From Candidatus Zixiibacteriota bacterium (lineage in GTDB: Bacteria > RBG-13-66-14 > B26-G2 > WVWN01), in contig JASFLY010000004.1 in assembly GCA_050117845.1 (NCBI GenBank), forward strand, positions 96,001 to 160,000: a stretch of 64,000 bases of DNA, given 5' to 3'. The notes under the pieces are model-generated. The model searched no databases and was not told the origin of the DNA. It saw nothing but the letters and a program-made list of their open reading frames with translations. This document shows positions 56,758-64,000 of the stretch, piece by piece (position 1 is the stretch's first letter; each line of letters begins with the position of its first letter). Made by a program: the position numbers and the translations under genes.

Positions 56758-57108
56758 CTACTTGCCCTTCCGCCGTTTCTTTTTTTCTTTCATCTCGGCC
56801 CGGAATTGGGCGTCCTGCCGCTCGATGGCCGACAGCAAACGCTCTATATTCTCGCGGTCCTCGAGGGCGATGCGAACGTCGTTGTACCCCCGAGCGCTGA
56901 ATATGGCGCTGACCAGCGGGTCGAAGAAAACCATGACCTGCGAGCCGATGAACGAAAGCGGTTTGGTTGACTCTAAAAAGAAAATCGCCGGCGCCGTAAG
57001 GTTCCGAACTACTATGGCCCGGGCGATCTTTTCTATTAACTCGTCGCGTCTCTCCGGCGACAACTCGCCGTACGCCGGTTGGCTGGTAGTATCTAAAAGG
57101 CGTGGCAT
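56758..57108 (-). CDS. Small hypothetical protein of the operon
   Basis: LIEKIA..IV..PAIFFLESTKPLSFIGSQ, LEDRENIERLL. Confidence 0.75.
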   Translation of the reverse strand: MPRLLDTTSQPAYGELSPERRDELIEKIARAIVVRNLTAPAIFFLESTKPLSFIGSQVMVFFDPLVSAIFSARGYNDVRIALEDRENIERLLSAIERQDAQFRAEMKEKKKRRKGK

Positions 57109-57163
57109 TATAACGGTCGGTTTCCTAACGGCCTATAATAGGGACGGGCGCGGGGCTTATGAA

Positions 57164-57883
57164 TCACAACAGACCCAGCGCGACAAGAGTCCCTTTTATC
57201 CAATCCTCGATAAGGAAATCCATCCGGCCTATGAGGAGCGAGATGCGGGCCATGACGGTGTAGCCGAAGGCCGCGCCGAAAGAGACCATCAGGAACCAGA
57301 TGCCGAGCCGGGCCACGCCCCCCAGGGCGCCTTTATGCTCTTTCGAAAAATAGAAGTATACCAGGCCGCTCACGACGCCGATTATCAGCAACGTATTGGA
57401 GATGGAGGGGCCCAACTGGAAGTTGCCGGCTTCGTCCAGCACCACCGGCGGTATTATCGTCCCCTTGATTTGGGCGAGGCAGTTCGTCTGGAGGTAAACG
57501 ATGAACATCAGGCCCGCGCCCAGGCCCACGGAGAACGCGATGCCGTAGCGCGATACCCACGCCACCTTGGAGAAGAAGCGGAATAGCATCGTGAGGCCCA
57601 ACAGGCCCGCCAGGACGGTCAGGATGCGGATGTCCCACTGGCCGTCCAGGAAAACGACCGCGAAGGCGCCCCTCGTGTCCGCCGTACCGAAGAGAGGCTC
57701 TATCAGGTTGGGCAGAAGGAGGTTGTGGTACTGGTAAGCGACCCAGAAACCCGCGGAGATACCCACGAAGAGGTACTCGGCGAACTTGTAAAACGGGTTG
57801 TCCTTATACAGGAACGAGAGGATGCACAGCGTTAGCAGGGCCGCGATCCAGGTTCCGAATAGTGTAAGGCCGTCCATTACCAT
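57164..57883 (-). CDS. Module-1 protein D: polytopic membrane protein
   Basis: LTLCILSFLYKDNPFYKFAE, FLMVSFGAAFGYTVMARISLLIGR. Confidence 0.85.
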   Translation of the reverse strand: MVMDGLTLFGTWIAALLTLCILSFLYKDNPFYKFAEYLFVGISAGFWVAYQYHNLLLPNLIEPLFGTADTRGAFAVVFLDGQWDIRILTVLAGLLGLTMLFRFFSKVAWVSRYGIAFSVGLGAGLMFIVYLQTNCLAQIKGTIIPPVVLDEAGNFQLGPSISNTLLIIGVVSGLVYFYFSKEHKGALGGVARLGIWFLMVSFGAAFGYTVMARISLLIGRMDFLIEDWIKGTLVALGLL

Positions 57884-57923
57884 GCCTCCGAGTCGAGAAC
57901 GGGCGTCCCGACGCTCTCAAGTA

Positions 57924-58784
57924 TTACCCGGCCTGACCGCCGGGCGGCTTGGCGCCCTCGTCTCCGCCCCGCTTCCGCAGGACGAAGTAGGATATGTTCG
58001 CAAAAATAATAAATATAATGATGACGAGGTGAGCGATGGACTGGGCGTCCATCCGCCTCGTCGCGTCTCCCGCGTAGTTAACCAACGTCTCGTATTCCGC
58101 CGCGCCCTTGAGGCCCCCCAAAAGGCCTATGAGCTGGCCCGTCTGAAGGTAGGGGTAGAACTGCGGCGCCGATACGGCCGTGCAGCCGCCGGCGATGGGC
58201 CGGTGGAAGAGCGAGTTGCCCACCCGCACCCACGCCGGGATGCCTGGGTCCCCGGCCGAGAGGTCCATCACGAGCGCGATGTCGGTTAAAGCCCCCACTT
58301 CCCGCATGAGCGGGAGGTCGGCGGTCGGGTTCCCCGTCATGTCGGTGGGGAAGACGTCCGTCATGGAGGTCCCGAGCGATTTTATGACGATGTCGCCGCC
58401 GGGTTTGTATCCCAGATTCACGTAGTCGCGGCCGTACTCCAGGTCGAATTCCCGGGTCATGTCGTTCATGGCCGAGACGGCGAGCTGGGCGCCCTGCGGC
58501 CATAGCGCCATTATAATGACGTGGTGTTTTTTCGCGAAGCAGTGCCGGAGGAAAGCCAGGCCCATCGGATGGACCTCCGGGGCCGCCGCCGGGTCGTAGT
58601 CGAACGACACCAGGATGTTCGAGCCGGGCGGCAGGGCCTCCACCGCGTCGTAAATGCTCTGCGCCTGGGGCGTAACCTTGACCGGCATCCCGAGCGGCAA
58701 AAGGAGCGGAATGATTACCGCGGCGGCTATGAGGACGAAAATAATCCTGCGGTCAACCGTGGATAGCCATTCGAAGAATTTCAT
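57924..58784 (-). CDS. Module-1 protein C
   Basis: VDRRIIF, FDYDP, YGRDYVNLGYKPG, YPYLQTGQLIGLLGGLKGAAEYE, MDAQS. Confidence 0.85.
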   Translation of the reverse strand: MKFFEWLSTVDRRIIFVLIAAAVIIPLLLPLGMPVKVTPQAQSIYDAVEALPPGSNILVSFDYDPAAAPEVHPMGLAFLRHCFAKKHHVIIMALWPQGAQLAVSAMNDMTREFDLEYGRDYVNLGYKPGGDIVIKSLGTSMTDVFPTDMTGNPTADLPLMREVGALTDIALVMDLSAGDPGIPAWVRVGNSLFHRPIAGGCTAVSAPQFYPYLQTGQLIGLLGGLKGAAEYETLVNYAGDATRRMDAQSIAHLVIIIFIIFANISYFVLRKRGGDEGAKPPGGQAG

Positions 58785-58826
58785 GGGGTTAACCTCCGGA
58801 GGCCCGTAGCGGCCTCCAGCCGGGTA

Positions 58827-59462
58827 TTATTCTTCTCCTAAATACGACCGCTCGATGCCGAGCAAAATTCGAAGCGACGTCGAAACGACGCCGAGCGACG
58901 CGCCGATGAGAATGGCCCGTTGGCCGGCGGTGTTGCCTATCTCCATTATCCTGTCCTTGAGCCAGTCGGGCGACAGGAAGAAAGGCCACCACGACGGCAC
59001 CCAAATGGAGCCGATGGGCACCTGGCCCAGCATAACGATGAACGCCGCCAGAAGCAGCAGCGTCGAATCCACCGTGCGGGCGCGGAAGGCCCGGTAAGCC
59101 GCCGACGCCACGAAGAACGCCAGCAGCGCGAACATCGTCGACGACATGGGGAACATCAGGTAATTGAAGAACCAGTCGAAGAGCGTCCCCTCGTCGATGC
59201 CGCCGATGAGGCCCGCGAGGCCCATCCCGAAGAAGCCGATGATGAGTATTATGGAGTAGAACCAGTCGGTCCGGCGGTGGCGGATCTTCATGTAGTTCAT
59301 GCGCAGGAGGTTGAACGCGCCCACCAGGATGGCGAACGCCACCACGACGAAGTACCAGTTCTGGATGAGGTCCGCGACCCGGCGCAGGGCCGGAACGAAG
59401 AATTCCAGGATGATTATCACGCCGGCCACGAAAGCCACCATCATCGGAATTTCCCGTCGCAT
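58827..59462 (-). CDS. Module-1 protein B: polytopic membrane protein
   Basis: MRREIP, TMFALLAFFVASAAYRAFRART, LRILLGIERSYLG. Confidence 0.85.
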   Translation of the reverse strand: MRREIPMMVAFVAGVIIILEFFVPALRRVADLIQNWYFVVVAFAILVGAFNLLRMNYMKIRHRRTDWFYSIILIIGFFGMGLAGLIGGIDEGTLFDWFFNYLMFPMSSTMFALLAFFVASAAYRAFRARTVDSTLLLLAAFIVMLGQVPIGSIWVPSWWPFFLSPDWLKDRIMEIGNTAGQRAILIGASLGVVSTSLRILLGIERSYLGEE

Positions 59463-59514
59463 ACTAGAACTCCTTGCCGGAGAGGATTAACGTCGTTCCG
59501 ATCCGCGGAACCGG

Positions 59515-60690
59515 TTAACGCACTACGAAAAGTTGTGATAGATCTATGGAATAGCCGAAGGGCTCGACGCCGAATTGGGCGACGAAGGCCGTTATCGCGC
59601 CGACTATTATGAAAAACAGGATTAGTACCTTGCCCCAGTCCTGCCCCAACATGCTGCCCAGCAGGCGGGGTTCGCGGCTGAGATAGGCGCTGGCCGCGAA
59701 GAGCTCCTCGCCGATGAGGGTGTAGTCGCAGGCCGCGATGAAGAACGGCAGCTGGGAAGGCATGGCCGTCCCGGCGATCTGAATCGCGCCGATGGAGTGG
59801 CCGGTCTCGGCCAGGATGAGCGACTCGGCGTAGAAGGTCCCCAGGTAGAAGTTGGCCGCCGGTTTCTCGCGCAGCATGATGCCGTCCACGCCGGCGACGT
59901 AGCCGAACTGGTCGTCGGTCAGGTAACGGATGTTTTCCCTGCGGTAGGCGTCCGGCCGGCCGGCCTCCATGTAGGCTTCCTTGACGACTTCCTGCGCCGT
60001 CGCCATCACGAGCGAGCGCGAGCACGGGACCAGAAGGTTGGCGTCGTACTCCGCGATCATCGTGGCCACGCGGCCCAGAATCGTCAGTGAGGCGATGGTC
60101 TGGATATCGTCGACGTCCGAAATGCCGGGGACGAAGAGGACGGGTTTGCCCATTTCGGTGGCCCGTCCCACGGCCTCCTGGACCGCTTCCAGGCCGGCGA
60201 TGCGCCGAATGAAGAGTTCCTTGCCGGCGCGGGCCTGGGAGATGTAATACAGGACGAAGGCCGAAAGTATAATGGAGGCGATGAGCATGTTGAGGCGGTC
60301 CCGGTGGAACCACTGGGCCGAGGCCGCGACGGGGCCCGCGGGGGCCGTATCGGTGCTCATCTTTTCGCCGCGAGTTTTAATTTTATAGAAGTACTCGACG
60401 CCGTTTTCCGCCTCGGAGTCCGACACCATATAACTTTCTTTGCCGGGGGTCGCGTCGGCGATTTTCTTGTACTCGCCGGCCGCGGAGGTGGCGCGCCACA
60501 CCTCGTAACCGAGGACCGGGCTCGCCTCGCCGGTTTCGTCGGGCGATGGCCGCCAGGATATTTCTATGACGCCGCCCGCGTCCACCGGCGCGTCCTGGGC
60601 CGCTACGTCGCGGGCGGGCTGAAGGGTCTGCCCGGAAACGACGGCCGCCATGCCGGCCAAAAACAATACCCCAACGAACGCCGACCTCAT
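59515..60690 (-). CDS. Module-1 protein A: signal peptide + Fn3-like + TM + DUF6754-like domain
   Basis: DAPVDAGGVIEISW..GYEVWR..YFYKI; RRIAGLEAVQEAVGRATEMGKP, FYAESLILAETG, QLPFFIAACDYTLIGEEL. Confidence 0.85.
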   Translation of the reverse strand: MRSAFVGVLFLAGMAAVVSGQTLQPARDVAAQDAPVDAGGVIEISWRPSPDETGEASPVLGYEVWRATSAAGEYKKIADATPGKESYMVSDSEAENGVEYFYKIKTRGEKMSTDTAPAGPVAASAQWFHRDRLNMLIASIILSAFVLYYISQARAGKELFIRRIAGLEAVQEAVGRATEMGKPVLFVPGISDVDDIQTIASLTILGRVATMIAEYDANLLVPCSRSLVMATAQEVVKEAYMEAGRPDAYRRENIRYLTDDQFGYVAGVDGIMLREKPAANFYLGTFYAESLILAETGHSIGAIQIAGTAMPSQLPFFIAACDYTLIGEELFAASAYLSREPRLLGSMLGQDWGKVLILFFIIVGAITAFVAQFGVEPFGYSIDLSQLFVVR

Positions 60691-60776
60691 TTCGTCACCT
60701 CATGCCAGAAAAGGAGTCCGTTCCGGCGCTACGCCCGGTAATCGGGCGCTGTTCGCGTGCTTGGATAATTCTAAAA

Positions 60777-60805
60777 AATCTATCACGGCGGGGGAGCCGT
60801 GTCAA
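60777..60805 (-). promoter_or_regulatory. Promoter of the 12-gene operon
   Basis: TTGACA-N17-TAGATT with TG extension. Confidence 0.7.
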
Positions 60806-60881
60806 GAGTTAAAACGGGGAGGTAAATCCCCTCGGGCCCGAGGCGCTGCGAACCCCCCGGCCGCCGCGCCGGAAATAAGAG

Positions 60882-60910
60882 TTGACACCCGTCGGGGCGG
60901 ATGTTAGATT
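60882..60910 (+). promoter_or_regulatory. Divergent promoter for the bactofilin-PmbA operon
   Basis: TTGACA-N17-TAGATT with TG extension. Confidence 0.7.
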
Positions 60911-60971
60911 GTCGTCGCGGATTTTGGACCGAGTTTGTTTCACGTTAAGGCCGCCGCATTAGAAGGGACCT

Positions 60972-61394
60972 ATGGCTCGTAAAACCCAGCACCGCCGCAT
61001 TTCGGACGTCGATTTCGGTTCCTATATCGCCGACGGGGCCGAAGTGCGCGGCGCGTATCAGGGTAAGACCAATTTACTCGTGGCCGGAACCCTCCACGGC
61101 GACGTGGCGCTCGACGGCACCATAATGGTTACGACGCACGCGGTCGTGAACGGCGACGTTCACGCCGTAAACGCCATTATATCGGGCCGCATCGAAGGCA
61201 ACGTCCACGCGCGTAAAGCCGCGGAAATCCGGCGCAAGGCCGAGATTAAAGGAAACGTTATGGCCCGGGAGATATACGTCGCCGTGGGCGCCCGCATCGG
61301 CGGCGAGATAATAGCTTCCGGGAAAAAAGGCGTTACGTCTTTCAAGGAACGCCGAAAATCGGATCTGGTGGATCCCGATCCGGAGAAGAAGTAA
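60972..61394 (+). CDS. Bactofilin (polymer-forming cytoskeletal protein)
   Basis: SYIADGAEVRG, G.L.GDV, V.GDVHA..AIISGRIEGNV, IKGNV beta-helix repeats. Confidence 0.9.
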   Translation: MARKTQHRRISDVDFGSYIADGAEVRGAYQGKTNLLVAGTLHGDVALDGTIMVTTHAVVNGDVHAVNAIISGRIEGNVHARKAAEIRRKAEIKGNVMAREIYVAVGARIGGEIIASGKKGVTSFKERRKSDLVDPDPEKK

Positions 61395-61420
61395 CTGCCC
61401 CGGGGGCAAAGGAGGCCGCG

Positions 61421-62767
61421 TTGGCTTTAGACCGTAAACATGCGGAAGATATAGTCGCTCGGTCGCTCGAAGTATCGGAAGCGGACGAGACGCTGGTATT
61501 TTTGAACACGTACGAGCGCGGCCTGACGCGCTTCAGCGAAAACGAAATCCACCAAAACGTCACCGAACGGCAAGTCCTCTTGACCGTACAGGCGGCCCTG
61601 GGCAAGAAGCTCGGCATCGCCCGGGGAATAGTGAACGAGGACGGCGACATTAAAAACGTCGCCGACACCGCCCTGTCCATCGCCCGGATACAGGGCGAGC
61701 AGGAGGAATACGCCGGCCTGGCCGACCCCGCCGATATCCCGGCCGTCAAGAGTTACAGCGACGCCACGGCCGCGTACGGCCCCGACCAGCGGGCGGACGC
61801 CGTCGGTACCGTTATCGGCGCATCTTCCGGCGCCAAAATGAAGGCCGCCGGGTCATTCCGCACCGAAACCGGCGACCTGACGGTGGGCAATTCCAAGGGC
61901 GTGCTGGTTTACCATCCGTACACCGAGGCCGAGCTGATCGCCGTCGCCATGGGCGGGGACGGCAGCGGCTACTGCGAGGGCGGCGCCTGGGACGTCGCCG
62001 ACATCGACATCGGGGCCCTGGCCGAGGACGCCGTCCGCCGGGCCGAACTTTCCAAAAACCCCGGCGCGGTCGAGCCCGGCGAGTACGATCTAATCGTGGA
62101 GCCGTACGCCCTGGGCGAGCTGTTCAGCTGGATGTCCTTCGTCGTCTTCGACACCCGCGCCTATCAGGAGGGGCGGACGCTGTTGTCCAAACGGATGGGC
62201 GACAAGATAATGGGCGACAACATCACCATCGTCGACGACGGCCTGTCCCCCGAGACGATACCCTTCCCCTTCGATTTCGAGGGCGTCCCCCGCCAGCGGG
62301 TAACGCTCGTCGACCGCGGGAAGGCGGTAGGGGTGTGCTACGACCTCGCGACGGCCGCCCACGATGGGAAGAAGAGCACCGGCCACGCCCTCCCGCCCGG
62401 CGCCAGCTACGGCCCCTTCCCCCTGAATATAGATCTCGCACCCGGCGATTCGTCCGTGGACGAGATGATCGCGTCGATGGAGCGGGGCCTCTACGTAACC
62501 CGATTCCACTACGTCAACGGTTTCGTCGAACCAATGCAGGCGGTCTTCACCGGGATGACCCGTGACGGGACCTTCCTGGTCGAGGACGGCAAAATAAAAC
62601 GCGGCCTTAAGAACCTGCGCTGGACCGAGAGCATGTTGCGCGCCTTCTCCAACGTTAAAATGATGGCCCGCGAGCGGCGGCTCGTCAACGTGGGAGACGG
62701 CATCCGAGTCGTGGCGCCGGCCGTATATTTCAAGGACTTCACCTTCACCGGAACGACCGAACACTAA
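61421..62767 (+). CDS. TldD/PmbA-family protein (PmbA/TldE-like)
   Basis: TTG start with AAGGAGG RBS; TRFSENEIHQN, EPGEYDLIVEP, PFDFEGVP, STGHA, TGMTRDGTFLVEDG; no HExxGH seen. Confidence 0.88.
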   Translation: MALDRKHAEDIVARSLEVSEADETLVFLNTYERGLTRFSENEIHQNVTERQVLLTVQAALGKKLGIARGIVNEDGDIKNVADTALSIARIQGEQEEYAGLADPADIPAVKSYSDATAAYGPDQRADAVGTVIGASSGAKMKAAGSFRTETGDLTVGNSKGVLVYHPYTEAELIAVAMGGDGSGYCEGGAWDVADIDIGALAEDAVRRAELSKNPGAVEPGEYDLIVEPYALGELFSWMSFVVFDTRAYQEGRTLLSKRMGDKIMGDNITIVDDGLSPETIPFPFDFEGVPRQRVTLVDRGKAVGVCYDLATAAHDGKKSTGHALPPGASYGPFPLNIDLAPGDSSVDEMIASMERGLYVTRFHYVNGFVEPMQAVFTGMTRDGTFLVEDGKIKRGLKNLRWTESMLRAFSNVKMMARERRLVNVGDGIRVVAPAVYFKDFTFTGTTEH

Positions 62768-62783
62768 AGAAAGAGGGGGTCGC

Positions 62784-62987
62784 ATGGGAGGAGCGCATAC
62801 CAAATCCGTGACCGTACGGCTCGACCTGGGCGTCAACGACGATCTCGACGGATACTGCCGGGACGCGTCCCTGTCCAAATCGTTGATAGTCAATTGCGCG
62901 TTGGCGAACTTCCTGCAATCGAGCGAGAAAAAACGGGTCGAAATCATCAAAGCCTACATCAAGCGCGCCAAAAGAAAAAATAAATAA
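62784..62987 (+). CDS. Small ribbon-helix-helix-like DNA-binding protein
   Basis: KSVTVRLD..NDDLDGYC..LSKSLIVNCALANFL. Confidence 0.6.
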   Translation: MGGAHTKSVTVRLDLGVNDDLDGYCRDASLSKSLIVNCALANFLQSSEKKRVEIIKAYIKRAKRKNK

Positions 62988-63064
62988 CCGGGCGATATAA
63001 GGCCGGGGACGATGCCGCGGGAGCGCGTGCGCTCTCGGCGGCGGCGTTCCTTTACGCGCTACGG

Positions 63065-63093
63065 AGGTACGGGGACTTCCCCGTGCCTTTTTT
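63065..63093 (+). terminator. Intrinsic terminator
   Basis: AGGTACGGGG-ACTT-CCCCGTGCCT-TTTTT. Confidence 0.75.
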
Positions 63094-63224
63094 CGTGCCG
63101 CCGGCATTCCTGTCGGTGGAGTTTTTTTCCACAGACAAGAATGTCTGTGCCACTCCTATATTATTTATTATTCCGATTAGCGACGGTTGCCGCCGAATGC
63201 CGCGTTGACGGCGACCGAGGTTTA

Positions 63225-63253
63225 TTGACAGCCTCGCCGTACCCTGTTAGAAT
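63225..63253 (+). promoter_or_regulatory. Sigma70-like promoter
   Basis: TTGACA-N17-TAGAAT with TG extension. Confidence 0.7.
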
Positions 63254-63292
63254 TAACGCTTATAAGCGCCGTTTAAAGGAGAAAATATAGAT

Positions 63293-64000
63293 ATGCGAAT
63301 AATAGCCGCCGTAGTTATTTTCGCCGCGGCCGCGGCGGGGGCCGCCCTGCCCGGCGAGTTCCTGGTAAGCAGCCCCAAACTGGTGGAAGCCTCGGCCGAG
63401 GCCGGCCTGTGGTACCTGGCCGAGTCGCCCGCCGGCCACCTCTATCTCGCCGAGGGTCGGGCCCTGCCCGCCCTCGCGCCCTACCGCGTCCTGCACGACG
63501 ACCCCGAGACCTCCTCTTATTATCTGGTCTACGAGTACGGGGCCGGCGAGGCCGCCCGCGCCGCCGCGCCGGACGCCGTCCAGCCTCTCGGCGACGACGT
63601 CTTCCTCATGGCGACGTCTCGCGGCCGGGCCGTAGCGCTCGCGGCCGCCGGGGCCCGCGCCGAGTTCGTGCGCCTCCGGCCCGTACGCCGCGTCGAAACG
63701 GCGGGAACCGCGCCGGCCGAACCCGCGCCCGCCTTCCGCGAGGACGTGGACGCGGCCCTGGAGACCATAACCGAGAACGAGGTCGAGAACTACCTGACGA
63801 CGCTCCAGAACTTCGAAACGCGCTTCTCGTATACCGACGGGTACCGCGACGCCGCGGCCTGGGCTTACGACTTCCTGGATGACCTGGGCTACGATACCTC
63901 GTACGACGAGTTCCTGGGCGTCGGTTTCGTCGGCGTATCCGTGCCGACCGACGGCTCCCGGGCCTGGGTGGTCAGCGACGGCGGGACCATCTACCATACC
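63293..64000 (+). CDS. Secreted M28-like peptidase, N-terminal part (runs off window; not in ORF track)
   Basis: AAGGAG RBS; MRIIAAVVIFAAAAAGAA; open 236 codons; YLTTLQNFETRFSYT..AAAWAYDFLDDLGY, then AWVVSDGGTIYHT. Confidence 0.7.
   Translation, partial: MRIIAAVVIFAAAAAGAALPGEFLVSSPKLVEASAEAGLWYLAESPAGHLYLAEGRALPALAPYRVLHDDPETSSYYLVYEYGAGEAARAAAPDAVQPLGDDVFLMATSRGRAVALAAAGARAEFVRLRPVRRVETAGTAPAEPAPAFREDVDAALETITENEVENYLTTLQNFETRFSYTDGYRDAAAWAYDFLDDLGYDTSYDEFLGVGFVGVSVPTDGSRAWVVSDGGTIYHT

Noticed and set aside
1..64000. Genome-wide UGA reassignment (code 4/25)
   Set aside because: TGA terminates several conserved genes at expected lengths (tig, the methyltransferase ending at 11979, cupin); only one in-frame case was seen.

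Overview
GC-rich bacterial chromosomal segment from a probably diderm, likely anaerobic organism (beta-barrel-like and TonB/AgmX-like proteins, many lipoproteins); lineage cannot be fixed from this window. Housekeeping genes: mfd, ahcY, metK, tig, purA, hutU, ilvE, a YcaQ-like glycosylase, a PmbA/TldD-family protein, bactofilin and three tRNAs (Leu-TAG, Lys-TTT, Thr-GGT). Main observations: (1) nine secreted proteins with at least four unrelated passenger types share a 14-15 aa C-terminal tag [VI]xP[TAS]SLGx[IV][KR][AG]LFx, which looks like an uncharacterised sorting or anchoring signal. (2) Six of these are tandem NHL beta-propellers with a conserved scaffold and variable loops, built from a repeated terminator+promoter cassette. 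(3) One tagged gene (36310-36960, minus strand; split in the ORF track) has an in-frame TGA in a C-U-C motif followed by a SECIS-like hairpin, so it is a candidate secreted selenoprotein. (4) An 11-kb, 12-gene operon (49.5-60.7 kb) carries two copies of a four-gene membrane module around a GlmL/MutL-like ASKHA ATPase and a barrel-sandwich/KOW protein, with no glutamate mutase in the window. (5) A RAYT tyrosine transposase with about 20 GAAG-type REP palindromes. Also present: a frameshifted HEPN gene beside an intact MNT, a multidomain lytic transglycosylase, a missed 38-aa basic ORF and several candidate structured RNAs. All family calls come from motif recognition by eye; no searches or folding programs were run.
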